NCBI RefSeq assembly: GCF_001194135.2
Contig: NC_068984.1
Location: 27,272,588 to 27,335,929, forward strand
From: Octopus bimaculoides
Taxonomy: Eukaryota
DNA length: 63,342 bases
Reading direction: 5' to 3'
Made by a program: the position numbers and the translations under genes. Shown here piece after piece: positions 24,956 through 37,688 of the stretch. Every line of letters starts with the position of its first letter. The first letter of the stretch is position 1. The notes beneath the pieces were generated by a model that did no database searches, was not told the DNA's origin, and was given only the letters and a program-made list of their open reading frames with translations.

Positions 24956-24990
24956 GACCCTGATGAGATGGAGTATCCAGAAATTTGTAA
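24956..24990 (+). ncRNA. Partial hammerhead-like core
   Basis: CTGATGA-GA-TGGA-GTA-TCCA-GAAA (24960-24983); stems I and III not recognisable before the gap. Confidence 0.4.
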
Positions 24991-25566
24991 TATGTTGTAA
25001 TTTGTTACAATATTTTACNNNNNNNNNNNNNNNNNNNNNNNNNNNNNNNNNNNNNNNNNNNNNNNNNNNNNNNNNNNNNNNNNNNNNNNNNNNNNNNNNN
25101 NNNNNNNNNNNNNNNNNNNNNNNNNNNNNNNNNNNNNNNNNNNNNNNNNNNNNNNNNNNNNNNNNNNNNNNNNNNNNNNNNNNNNNNNNNNNNNNNNNNN
25201 NNNNNNNNNNNNNNNNNNNNNNNNNNNNNNNNNNNNNNNNNNNNNNNNNNNNNNNNNNNNNNNNNNNNNNNNNNNNNNNNNNNNNNNNNNNNNNNNNNNN
25301 NNNNNNNNNNNNNNNNNNNNNNNNNNNNNNNNNNNNNNNNNNNNNNNNNNNNNNNNNNNNNNNNNNNNNNNNNNNNNNNNNNNNNNNNNNNNNNNNNNNN
25401 NNNNNNNNNNNNNNNNNNNNNNNNNNNNNNNNNNNNNNNNNNNNNNNNNNNNNNNNNNNNNNNNNNNNNNNNNNNNNNNNNNNNNNNNNNNNNNNNNNNN
25501 NNNNNNNNNNNNNNNNNNNNNNNNNNNNNNNNNNNNNNNNNCGTGTTTTTCTCCTTGTCTCCGTAT

Positions 25567-25603
25567 TCTTTCTGTTGAAGAGCGTAGCTCGAAACGTCAA
25601 AGA
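25567..25603 (+). ncRNA. Minimal type I hammerhead ribozyme variant
   Basis: TCTTT-CTGTTGA-A-GAGC-GTA-GCTC-GAAAC-GTC-AAAGA: perfect 5-bp stem I, 4-bp stem II, palindromic ACGT stem III, GUC triplet; core has A6U. Confidence 0.65.
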
Positions 25604-25709
25604 CTTTCCGTATTCCCGAGCGTCATACTAATATATACTTTTGTTATTTACACCACCTGTCCTCGTCTGTTGTTATTTTTTGTATATTCTCCCATATATA
25701 TATTCTTTG

Positions 25710-25743
<34 letters not shown>

Positions 25744-25907
25744 GGAACAAAAATGCAATAGAGGGCACTAAAATGTTCGGACAGATAGATGATACAAAGG
25801 TGGACAAGAGAAACAACAATTAGGACAGGCAAAAAAAAAAACGAGTCATTCTTGGCTTTCTTTCATCAGTCAAGTCCCAGAGGTCATGACCATTTTGGGC
25901 AGTTACA

Positions 25908-25948
<41 letters not shown>

Positions 25949-25979
25949 CATCTATATATATACATCTACACACACACTT

Positions 25980-26109
25980 CAATGGTGCTTTTTACATGCC
26001 ATCCAGCTGTAGAAACCTTGCCCGATCAGATTGGAGCCTGGTGCTGCCTCCTGGATTGCCAGTTCTCAGTTAAATCACCCAACTCAGCGGATGTTAAACA
26101 ATGATGATG

Positions 26110-26110
<1 letters not shown>
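25980..26110 (+). mobile_element. RTE 3'-tail fragment
   Basis: CATCCAGCTGTAGAAACC...GGAGCCTGGTGC...GATGTTAAACAATGATGATGA followed by (TA)n. Confidence 0.7.
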
Positions 26111-26151
<41 letters not shown>

Positions 26152-26202
26152 ACATATATAGATATATACACACACGCACACACAGAAAATATATATGCAC
26201 AC

Positions 26203-26580
26203 AGAGAAGTAGTAGGCAGTAGAATCAAAGGCAGACTTCGGTTTGTGTGGATAGATGGAGTGAGGAAAGCTTTGGTGGTTAGAGGTGATGGAGTGAGAGA
26301 AGCAAGAGAGTTTATTAATGATAGGAAAGCTTGGAGAGTGTTTGTGGATGGATGAGTGAATTGATGTTACTCAAAACGGTATGGAACCAGCACGATGTGG
26401 CGGGGGTAAACCAGCATATGCTGTCAGGCCCCACTGCTGATATCGGGGATTGCGTTCTATGCCTTGACCTGAGCATAAGACAAGGCTTGCCTCTTTTAGC
26501 GAGAAAATGAATGGAATGCCTTATGTGTGTCTTGTCGTGGCTACCCCCTCCTATGGGGAATAGGCCTTGTAAATAAAAAA
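26203..26580 (+). mobile_element. 5'-truncated RTE-clade LINE, second family (ORF C-terminus and 3' UTR)
   Basis: GSRIKGRLRFVWIDGVRKALVVRGDGVREAREFINDRKAWRVFVDG* (stop 26355) resembles the RGRP..W.DGV......DR..WR end of RTE ORFs; followed by ~220 bp UTR and an A-rich tail. Confidence 0.7.
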
Positions 26581-27532
26581 ATAGATAAATACATATATAC
26601 ATATACATACATGCACACACACACACACACACACACACACGCGCACACACACACAAAACCATTCTCCATGTTCATATGTTTATATTGGAAGTACTTTTTG
26701 TTTTATATCTTTTAATAGTCTTTTTTTAAGAATTCATTTCTACTTCTTTCTAATTTGGGTTTTAGCTGTGTTTCTTTATACAACTAAGTGGGAAATAATA
26801 AGTATTCTAAAAATAAACAAGGAGTCTTCAACAAAGCTAAAAGCTTTCTTAATATGCTAAGCTATTCATAGAATAAAATAAGCCAGGATATACATTTTTT
26901 TCCCTTTACTTCTACTATGCATTAGCATGTCTGTTGTATTTGTAGTTTTTCATTGCTTTGTACTGAGTATTAAACTGAGCATTGTTAGATAATTTATAGC
27001 ATCTGGTTCTTTACCAGATATTTAGAGTTCAATTTCCATCTGTTTTGAAACTTCCTCTCACTTTTTTTGGTTGTTGCTGTTGTTTAGTGCCAAGACTATC
27101 TTGATTATGCTGTGACTGTCATGTTGTAGGACTACATTGTAGGACTACCTTGTCCATAGTTTTCTTCGAGCATGTTTTGTACATAGAATTATTTTTAAAA
27201 AATAGCAAAGGAAGGAGTGAATTTAGTTTAAAAAAATTCAAGTGTACATGATAATATGTAATAATAATCATCATCATCATCATTGACATCATCACCAGCA
27301 GCAGCAACAGCAGCATAGTTGTTCATAGACTTATCTCTAGACTTTCTATTGATATTGTATTCAGCACCGTTTTGTATATGAACATGTCTATGCACACAAT
27401 GTGACTGAAGATAGAAAAAATAGGTAATGGGTGTATATACATATTTCAGGAATTCTTGTTCTTTCTTCAGAACCACATTATGACGTTCTCAGCATCATCG
27501 TTGCTGTCCTCACCATCATCATCATCACCACC

Positions 27533-27566
<34 letters not shown>

Positions 27567-27611
27567 CCGTCGTCGTCATCATTGTTACCCATTAAACTCT
27601 TTGTGCTTTAG

Positions 27612-27838
27612 CTCTTTAGTATTCACATCATTCTTTCAAATGTGATTCTTATTTAGTTCCATTGTTTTCAGTTTATCATGCATTATCTCAAAGCTTCAAG
27701 ATTTCAATATGTAACGGTTTATTCTTAGAATGACATTGTAATGTAGGTGTGAGAGGCCAGATTTGGCCAGTTTGAACATAAAGACAGGTATAATATTTGG
27801 ATATTATACCAGATATGGCTGCTTTAAATGCTAAAGGG
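27612..27838. mobile_element. piggyBac-like MITE (family 1)
   Basis: Right end AATGCTAAAGGG|TTAA; left end degenerate TTAG|CTCTTTAGTATT; short TIRs with TTAA-type flanks. Confidence 0.6.
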
Positions 27839-29204
27839 TTAAGCTTGTCTTTATTCAGTAAGGATGTTAACTCTTTTCAATCTGATACCCTTCCATTTGT
27901 TTCATACAATGATTCCCTCTGGGAGTCCCTGTAATATAATAGTAATCCTGGTGAAACTTGAACTCAGAAGGTACAGAACCAGAACTATATACAGAACTAT
28001 ATACAGTATGTCTAATGTTCTAACAATTCTGTCAATCGCTGCCCTGCACTGGTACTTTATTCATTGACCTGAAAAAATGAAAAATAGAATTACTCTTGGT
28101 GGGAATTGAGCTCACAGTGCAGAGATGTAGAACATATATCCATAAGATATTATCCAATGCTTTTGTACATTTAAGATAACAATGTCCATTACATTCTTCT
28201 TTTTAAATATGAAGGTTGAGTTTTGAGGGGTATTTGACTGCTACTTCTTGCAGATTGATCGACCTTGTAGATACTTCCTTGTTGCTTTCTCACTCAATTG
28301 GTTGTTAAAATAAAGTGACTGAAATTTGTTGATTTTATATTCAATTACCTACTTCCCAATCCCTTAAAGAAATCATGATCACTGTACATTGAAAATTAAC
28401 AAATAAATGTATAAATAAATAAATAAATAAATAATGTCTTATATTGGCCTAAAGCCATGAATTTATAGTATGGTTGATTGAATCAATGATAGTATGTTAT
28501 TGGAACTTATCAAACCCCAGAGGGAGGAAAAGCAAGGTGAATCCCAATGGTATTTGATTTAGAATATTATGATGAATTTCATTTGCTGCACTACAATATA
28601 AGTCAGTTCAATGCCTTGGAAATGAATGGACAATAAAGAAAAGAGATCAGTAATGTTTAAATACTGTTGAATGGCACATGGAAAGGAAAATTCCTTCACA
28701 TCAATTACACATGCTTCATTGTGTCTTATTGTATACATGCAACTCTATAATCCGGTACAGAAGATGTATGCAAATAGTTATCATTTAACCAATTAAATGA
28801 TGAATAAAAATCATCTACTTTTGTCAATGATAAGATAATGACAATAACAATTATTACAATAATGACAATAAGGAAAAGGAAGATGACGAGAGGGAGAATG
28901 CTAATGATGATGGATAGTTATGGAGAGCTTTAACATAAGCTCTAGGTAGGCACAAATCTTCACAATTTAGGAGAGGGGTTGATTGAGAATACAAGTACCC
29001 CCCACTAAACAGACCACCAGATCATCACAGTGTTTACCTCCACTCAGTATACCACTGATACCCATTTTCAGCTGGGTGTTCTTGAACAATTTGAAATGAA
29101 GTGGTGGATCTAAGAATCACACCCAGAGGGTAAAGACTATGGATCCAACACCCTAACAATTAACTAGGCTTAAACTTGCACCATAACACCATAAACCATA
29201 AATA

Positions 29205-29562
29205 TAATGGTTTTGAACATTGGGCCTCATGGTGGCAAAGTGGCTGAGTTCCTTTCGAGTGTTAAGCTTCACAGAGGCAATGACCAAAACCTTTGACGTT
29301 ATGTTGTGCTTGAGAAGAAGACCCATAAACCTGAGCAAAATCACAGTCGTGGCAGATACGGGTGTCACACAAATGGCACCCGTGCCGGTGGCACATAAAA
29401 GCACCCATTACACTCTCAGAGTGGTTCGCATTAGGAAAGGGCATCCGGCTATAGGAAGGGCATCCATGCCAAATCAGACTGGAGCCTGGTGCAGCCTTCC
29501 AGTGTGCCAGCCCAGTCAAACCATCCAACCCATGCCAGCATGGACAACAGACGTTAAATGAT

Positions 29563-29600
<38 letters not shown>

Positions 29601-29612
29601 AATGATGATGAT
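29205..29612 (+). mobile_element. RTE 3' fragment with degenerate ORF end
   Basis: RVLSFTEAMTKTFDVMLCLRRRP is a frameshifted homologue of RTLGLTEAMTSDRDLWKYAVREK at 45120-45200; followed by the shared 3' UTR and (GAT)n. Confidence 0.75.
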
Positions 29613-29974
29613 GGACACAATACAACATTCACTGCAAATAAAATCTGAGAAATATTTTCCCAAGAAAAGTATTAAACGTTGATTTTTGGAAAATAACTTT
29701 CAGTTTAATTCATCAACTTCAGTAGCAACAGTAGCAGCATTTTACATCCACTATTCTATGCTGGCATGAGTTGGAGGTTTTTCCAGTCAGTATTTTACAG
29801 CTAAATGTGTTTCCTGTTTCCAACCCTTTTAGTCACCAACTCTTTATGTCACCAAACATTTTTAGTCACCTTTTATGACATACAGGGACATACTGTGCCT
29901 ATTCTAGAGCTGGGAATATTTTATATAAGTCCTAAAGGATTATTTATTTGTTAAAATGGTTAATAATGGTAAAA

Positions 29975-30270
29975 TGATGAGAACTATTGACCTAAGTGGT
30001 GGTGTCGATGGTAGTGATGATGATGATGATGATGATGATGACAATAATCATAATGTCAATGAGATGATGATGATGATGGCAATTATGATGACAATGACAA
30101 AAATGATTTCAATGACAATGATAATTATAATGATATTCCTGATAATGAAAATGATGATGATGACAATGATGTTGCTGCTACCACTGCTGCTATTGATGAT
30201 GACAACAGCGATGATGATAATGATGACAATAACGATAATGCTGATGATGTTGATAATGATGGCAATAATA
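29975..30270. repeat. Long degenerate (GAT/AAT)n trinucleotide tract
   Basis: About 300 bp dominated by ATG/GAT/AAT triplets; gives a spurious Met/Asp-rich ORF. Confidence 0.9.
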
Positions 30271-30769
30271 CTTTATTCTCTTTCTATCATAGACATTAGA
30301 TGTGAATAGAATCATACAGTTTGTGTTGAAGCTACAAATTTTGTGTAGTGCTTACAATCATACAACTGTACTTCTGTACAGTTGCTATTAAATGAATTAA
30401 CATCATCATCATCATCACCATTTAATGTTCAGGTTCCATCTTGGCAAAGGTTGGATGGATTAAGAGAAGCTGGTGGGTCCAAAAACTGTATTGTACTTCA
30501 GTGTCTGTTTTGGCATGGTTTCTATGGCTACAAGCCCTTTCTAATACTGACCACTTCACAGCATGTACTGGGTACCTTTTTTCATTCCACCATCAATATT
30601 GAGATTGCCATGAAGCTTGCAAGACTATGGACCCAGAAAATAATTTAGTGGATAATAATAACAAAAATGATGGAAATGTTGATTGCAAATGAGGAGGAAG
30701 AGGAAGAGGAGCCAATACTTGTTTTGATCTCACTTGTAGTTGATGACATGCATTAGATGAGTCTGCAAA

Positions 30770-30992
30770 CCCTTCTGATACCACCCTGTCTGAGACCACC
30801 CTTGATTCTCTGCTATAAATTTCTTGTTAAAACAGAGCCTTGGAACCAGAGGTGATTTAAATCAAAGCCTTTTATCAAAATTTCATGTTTATGTTCCAAA
30901 TATTAGCTTAATAACGACAAGATTATTTTACTTAATTCTTTGTTATTTTCGCAATTAATTGAAAGAAAGATAATGTTATTTCAGCAAACGAG
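30770..30992. mobile_element. piggyBac-like MITE (family 2), degenerate
   Basis: CCCTTCTGATACCA start, internal similarity to 37467-37688 (TAGCTTAAT...TTATTTTAC..AATTCTTTGTTA...AATTGAAAGAAA), ends GAG|TTAA. Confidence 0.6.
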
Positions 30993-31101
30993 TTAAATCT
31001 TTATTTGTAGCTACCCACAAAAAAGATACATAATCGCTAATAATTATATTTTAAATGAATATTTTAAAACTAGTTAATTTATAGACTTGTGGCATATTTT
31101 C

Positions 31102-31194
<93 letters not shown>

Positions 31195-32189
31195 ACCCAT
31201 ATATCAGTGAAGTATTGAAACATCTGTACTTTACTGACAGTGCTTTATTTGACTTTTGAAATGAATAAACGTATTTCATGTTTTTCTCATATTGATTGTC
31301 CAACTTTTGCACAATGTTACATTTCACACAAAATGTATTGTGGTACCAATAAAACCAAAACTGCTACCATTTTCATTGTAAATATAAGCTAATTCACTGG
31401 AAGAAAAAAAAAATTCCTGTCTGTCTGCGGTTATAATGATTCACTTGTATAATAACAGAAGCTCCTTATTAAGTTTCATCATTCCTCATGGCCATATAAA
31501 TCACAAATCACTAGAAAATGGTAAAAGCTTCTGGGACAAAATACGTATATATAAAGTATGATTTGTATCTGAAGTTACACCTCTGTTAAAAACAATAGCA
31601 GAACAGAATTCTATCTATAGCATAACATTCACACCATATCTAAGGTCATCTGAAGTTTTTAACAATGGAATTAATCTTATTTCTGTGGAACACTTATAAA
31701 CTACAATTTCAGATCAGATATATTGACAAATACATAAACTTCTTTCAGTATTTCAGCACCACCACCACCACCACCACGTTACCACAATCATCATCACAAC
31801 ATCTACCATATTTTCATATCTAGAATGGCTATTTATTTTGAATTTCTGTATCTCTGGTTTAGACAGTATGTATATATTACCTCTAAGGGGTTATGTTTGA
31901 CTTTTTCAAAGCTTTAACTTATTCAAGTGATAGAAACAAAAACGTCAAGGATTTCAGTTTGCTTTAGATTTACAGATGAGTTTCATAGTGAACGATGAAA
32001 GAAGAATTAATCATAACAATGTAATAGAGGACCAAAATATATTCACTAATACGAAGGATTTTAAATCTGATAGTAGAGTTGGTTTGGGAAAATTCATCTT
32101 TATACAGAAGACTAAATTTCTCAGACTACTGGTTTATAGCTGACAATAAAGTATATTCATAGAACAAACATATTGCTCTCTCTTGATAT

Positions 32190-32230
<41 letters not shown>

Positions 32231-32373
32231 TACACGTGTATATATATATATTTATGTATATATGTTTGTGAGTATGTGTGTGTGTGTGTGTGTGTGTGCA
32301 TGCTTATATCTATATATGTATACATATATATTCACATTATAATTTAAGATTAACAAATCTTATCCTACATTCT

Positions 32374-32614
32374 TATTTCTTTATTGCCTACAAGGGGCTA
32401 AACATAGAGGGGACAAACAAGGACAGACAAAGGGATTAAGTCGATTACATCGACCCCAGGGCATAACTGGTACTTAATTTATCGACCCCCGAAAGGATGA
32501 AAGGCAAAGTCGACCTCGGTGGAATTTGAACTCAGAATGTAACGGCAGACGAAATACCGCTAAGCATTTCGTCCGACGTGCTAACGTTTCTGCCAGCTCA
32601 CCACCTTCTACCAT
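32374..32614 (-). mobile_element. Full-length Meta-domain-like SINE, tail type B, with 17-bp TSD
   Basis: Flanked by perfect direct repeats ATCTTATCCTACATTCT (32357-32373 and 32615-32631); tRNA-like head, B box GAGTTCAAATTCC, CCTTTCATCCTTTCGGGGGTCGATAAATTAAGTACCAG core. Confidence 0.9.
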
Positions 32615-32695
32615 ATCTTATCCTACATTCTACCATACTCTCTCCTAAACACACAGAGTATCACAACAACACCATACATACAAACACACATACAT

Positions 32696-32729
<34 letters not shown>

Positions 32730-33095
32730 GCACATCTATCGCAGGGGTCTAAACTACCATAATGGTGAAATGCACATAGGAACTTTAATATCAACTTGTA
32801 TTTATTCTAATTTATCCTTGTATTTCTTACATTTGCTTTGTAGATCATAACTAATAATGCCACTTGGTATAGAAGTTACTTGACAACTATACAGGAAGCA
32901 GACTGGATGATGAACATCTATGTAGAGCTCTAAATGTAACAATGGTGGCCATACATTGTGCTTCTACCCACAATTTAGCTGTAGAAATCATGCCAAAACA
33001 GACACGGAGCCTGGTAGCTCTTCAGCTGGCCAGCTCCTGTCAAACCGTCCAACCCATGCCAGCATGGAAAATGGACGTTAAATGATGATGATGAT

Positions 33096-33137
<42 letters not shown>

Positions 33138-33399
33138 TGATCACCCGATGTTGAAAATACATGATAGAGCTAAAAAAATTGTATTCATTTTATTAATGTT
33201 AAAACAAAAATTTGAATTTCCTTTTTACCTTACACCCCCACCGGTTTTAACTCTAATGGTTCTTCAGATGAAGACAAGAAAAGTAATTTTTTGCAGTACT
33301 GCCCAACAAAGACTGACAGGTAGATACAGTAGTAAGAATCAGATATGATAAGCGCACACACTAACAAGAGTATATAAAGTGGTGAAATTGTCGCAGGTG

Positions 33400-33690
33400 G
33401 ATGAAGAATGAGGATATCAGATTACAAGCCAAGAAGTGTTCAAGAAGGTAAACTAGAAAGTTAAGGTCTTTAGACACTAAGGTTAGAGTGTTAGGTGACA
33501 AGCTAAGGGAAATTGATATGCAGATACTGTAATGGGAATCAGATGGATAGATAAGTAATGAAGGGAGAACTTTATGAGTGGAAGAAGAACGAGGGTAATA
33601 GATTACAAGGTGAAGAATGTTTGGTTGAACTTTGCTTCCAGACAAATCATAAATATTTAATCGCTTAGTGCTACCATCTGGCACAAGATA
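33400..33690 (+). pseudogene. Ancient RTE-type RT C-terminal remnant
   Basis: Degraded frames give ...EVFKKVN*KVKVFR... and MGIRWIDK..RE...RTRVIDYKVK, reminiscent of RTE post-RT region; many stops. Confidence 0.35.
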
Positions 33691-34080
33691 GAAAGAAAGG
33701 TATGTAGATAAATAGATAGCTTTATATAAGAGATACTAATTCCAGGGGTGATTTATTCAATGTGTCTCTTGCTTTTTAAGATAGTATGTTATGATTCAAA
33801 AGTGTTGCTGCATTTTTAAGAATGTCAGATGATAGCATAAAGGCTTCTTGTTCTATTTCCTATTTAACCTCTTAGCAGAAAGGCTAAATGGAAAAAGGTG
33901 TGCATGCGTGTGTGTGTGTGTGTGTGTATGCATACTTTATGAATTAGCTTGTTAAATTGTGTATATGTGTATGCATACATACACATGCATTCACATATAT
34001 ATATGTGCATACATATATACATATAATAGCTATCTGCAACGTATTGTAAATTGTATATACATATACACATATACATATCC

Positions 34081-34142
<62 letters not shown>

Positions 34143-34644
34143 NNNNNNNNNNNNNNNNNNNNNNNNNNNNNNNNNNNNNNNNNNNNNNNNNNNNNNNNNN
34201 NNNNNNNNNNNNNNNNNNNNNNNNNNNNNNNNNNNNNNNNNNNNNNNNNNNNNNNNNNNNNNNNNNNNNNNNNNNNNNNNNNNNNNNNNNNNNNNNNNNN
34301 NNNNNNNNNNNNNNNNNNNNNNNNNNNNNNNNNNNNNNNNNNNNNNNNNNNNNNNNNNNNNNNNNNNNNNNNNNNNNNNNNNNNNNNNNNNNNNNNNNNN
34401 NNNNNNNNNNNNNNNNNNNNNNNNNNNNNNNNNNNNNNNNNNNNNNNNNNNNNNNNNNNNNNNNNNNNNNNNNNNNNNNNNNNNNNNNNNNNNNNNNNNN
34501 NNNNNNNNNNNNNNNNNNNNNNNNNNNNNNNNNNNNNNNNNNNNNNNNNNNNNNNNNNNNNNNNNNNNNNNNNNNNNNNNNNNNNNNNNNNNNNNNNNNN
34601 TATATATATATATATATATATATATTGCTACATAAAAAGGACCC

Positions 34645-34821
34645 AGTTCACTTCATAAAGTGATTGGCATTAGAAAGGGTATCAGGGCATCAAGCTATAG
34701 AAACCATGCCAAACAGACAACTGAAGCCTGGTGCAACTCTCCATCTTCTCAGGTCCTATCGAACTATCCAACCCATGCCAGCATGGAAAATGGACATTAA
34801 TGATGATGATAATGATGATGA

Positions 34822-34825
<4 letters not shown>
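34645..34825 (+). mobile_element. RTE 3'-tail fragment
   Basis: ATCCAACCCATGCCAGCATGGAAAATGGACATTAATGATGATG followed by (TA)n. Confidence 0.7.
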
Positions 34826-34872
<47 letters not shown>

Positions 34873-35838
34873 CCTAATTAGCTACGTTATCATGATAAAT
34901 GGTATTAACTGTTACACATTTGTAAAAGCATTTTTGATAGAGTTAAAGAAGAAAACAAGGAGAAAAAGACATATAGAAACCACATATATTTTAATTTTTT
35001 GTTAAATTTTATTCCATCCACCAATTTTGGGATTTATGCAGGGACCCATGTGGTATTGTTTAGCATTGCAGACAAATATTTCAAGTTTAGATGATAAAGA
35101 GAAGCTTTAAATTCTGTATAATTGAAATGGTAACCAAGAGAGGAAACAAAAATGCAAATGGGAGTGAGTGAAATGCTAGAACTGGAACCAATTTCCAGAC
35201 TGAATGGATCACCATGCTAGTCTTTGGAGACTATTTATTTTTTAATGAATTTATCATATTTGAAAAAAGGCATTGTAATCTCTACCAGTGGGCAGGATAT
35301 TTGGTATTTACCAAAAATACCCAGCTCTAAATATCTTTCTTCAATTATTCATGCAATCATTTCAGTTTATATTCTCATAACATAACGAAAAAACAATAAA
35401 CTTAATAATGAACCAAAGAAGCCTCCTCATTGTCACTCACCATGCGAGAAATAGCAAACAGCTCTTCATTAAATCACTCCTGATTCTTTTAAAAGTAAAT
35501 GGACACATATATGTATATAAATATATATGTATATTAATATTAGCATGTATGTACATGTATACCAAGCATGTGACATAAGTAATTACTCAGGGTAGGCAGT
35601 CGGTGATGTTTATGTAGTAAAACACACACAAAAAAAAGTGAAACACAGGTGCATGACTGAGATGGAGGAAGATTTACTTCTGCCTTTGTAGAGCGTAAAA
35701 AAAACATTGTTGTTGGAATGTACACAGTATGTGTACTACAGCAGTTCTACATGTAGCTTTAATACTGAGATTGAAAGGCAGGGCAAATTATGCCTACCTA
35801 ATCTACAAAAAAAAAAAATTTTGCATTTTATGCATATA

Positions 35839-36230
35839 GGCGTGGGAGTGGCTGTGTGGTAAGTAGCTTGCTTACCAACCACATGGTTCCGGATTCAGTC
35901 CCACTGCATGGCACCTTGGGCAAATGTCTTTTATTATAGCCTTGGGCCGANNNNNNNNNNNNNNNNNNNNNNNNNNNNNNNNNNNNNNTGAAAGAAGTCC
36001 ATCGTATACATATGTATATGTGTATATATATGTATGTGTGTGTGTTTGTGTGTCTGTGTTTGTCCCCCCAACATCGCTTGACAAGCGATGGTGGTGTGTT
36101 TACATCCCCATAACTTAGCAGTTCAGCAAAAGAGAGTGATAGAATAAATACTGGGGTGAATTTGCTCGACTAAAGGCAGTGATCCAGCATGGCCACAGTC
36201 AAAATGACTGAAACAAGTAAAAGAGTAAAA
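35839..36230 (+). mobile_element. Full-length tRNA-derived SINE (CORE-like family) with internal microsatellite
   Basis: A box TGGCTGTGTGG, B box GGATTCAGTCCC, ACCTTGGGCAAATGTCTT core, internal (TA/TG)n, 3' part ending in (GTAAAAGA)n. Confidence 0.85.
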
Positions 36231-36716
36231 AAGGGTATATACACATACGCGCATGTACACACACACACACACACACATGTATACATGCACACACACATAT
36301 ATATATATCCACATATATATGTATTCACATATATATATTCACATTCACTATGATAGGTCGCTAGCCTCTAAACCTTTTTTCTATTTTCTCTCCCAGTTTA
36401 TTTCTGTGTTCCTTTCTGTTAAAGAGCATAGGCTTGAAATGTAAAAGACTTTCTTACATCCTGAGCATTAAACTAATACATTTGTTTGTTGTTTACACAC
36501 CCATCTTCATCTTTTGTTTTTTTGCAAATTCTCACTATTCACATAAACCCTCCCCTTCACATCTTCACCATCTTTGTCATTATACAATTAACCTCCTCCC
36601 TCTCATCATCATCATTATCATCACCATTGTCATTCTTTCACTGTCATCACCATCACTATCACTACTATCACATCCCCCATAGAATTTGTTGAAAAGAATA
36701 GTTGTGCTTCCTCTAG

Positions 36717-36792
36717 GAGACTTGGTGTTGTTGAGCGCAACATTAGGCTGTAGAGAAAAAAACACAAGCTCAACTACAGAAAATGCCAAGCA
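36717..36792 (+). CDS. Candidate 76-nt exon of an unidentified host gene
   Basis: TTGTGCTTCCTCTAG|...GCCAAGCA|GTGAGT; one open frame (G)DLVLLSATLGCREKNTSSTTENAK. Confidence 0.25.
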
Positions 36793-37244
36793 GTGAGTAA
36801 TCTCTTGGGGAAAAACCAACCTCACAATCCTAAACAGGAAAAATAATTCACTGAATGGATGAAAAACAAAATAAAAGATGGACATAGTGTTACAATGCTT
36901 GTAAAGTTACAAGCAAAAAAAAAAAAGGTAAATCAAGAAGAAATGGTTGGAGTTATTTGGAGAGTCAAATGATGAATCAAATTTTGATGACTTTTATGTG
37001 ATAAGCTCGTTTTATGAAAAATGGCATTTTTTTTAAAAACCTGTTCAACAGTCTTTACTCAATAGATTTCAAACAAAAGTTTCCGAGTGAAAGCAATAAC
37101 CGTACTAGCTTTAGTGTTTGTGTTTAAGAATTTTAGCTTTTGTATATTATGTGTTGTAGAATTTGCAGTTATATTGCATTTTAAAAAAAAAATGTAAATA
37201 TGGTTGTACTCAGTGGTTGTATTATATAAAAAGATAAGACAGAG

Positions 37245-37435
37245 AGCTGACAGAATCATTATTGCACTGCTTAGTGGCATTTCTTCTGGCTTTTTGCATC
37301 CTGAGTTCAAATACTGTCGAGGTCAGCTTTGCTTTTTACCCTTTTGGGGTTGATAAAATAAATACAAGTTGAGCACTGGGGTCAATATAATCAACTTGCC
37401 CCCTTCTCTCAAAATTGCTAGCCTCATGCTAAAAT
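37245..37435 (+). mobile_element. Degenerate Meta-domain-like SINE, tail type A
   Basis: GAGCTGACAGAATC head, CTGAGTTCAAATAC B box, CCCTTTTGGGGTTGATAAAATAAATAC core. Confidence 0.7.
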
Positions 37436-37466
37436 AACCAAAAATTATATATATTACTAATATTAA

Positions 37467-37688
37467 CCCTTTCGATACCAACTCCACTGAAACTGCCTCT
37501 GGCTCTGTTGTACAAATGTCTTGTTTTCATAAGTTCTGAATTAAAATCTTCCACCAAAACTTAGTCACAGTTTATGCCCCTAACACTAGCTTAATGATAA
37601 CTAAGTTATTTTACTAAATTCTTTGTTACATTTAAAATGAATTGAAAGAAACACAGAGCATCTCAAAAGAAATATGGTAACAAAAGGA
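37467..37688. mobile_element. piggyBac-like MITE (family 2)
   Basis: TTAA|CCCTTTCGATACCA...TGGTAACAAAAGGA|TTAA: TTAA TSD and imperfect 14-bp TIR starting CCC; no coding capacity. Confidence 0.75.

Noticed and set aside
29956-30309. Met/Asp-rich 117-aa ORF
   Set aside because: Product of a degenerate GAT/AAT trinucleotide tract.
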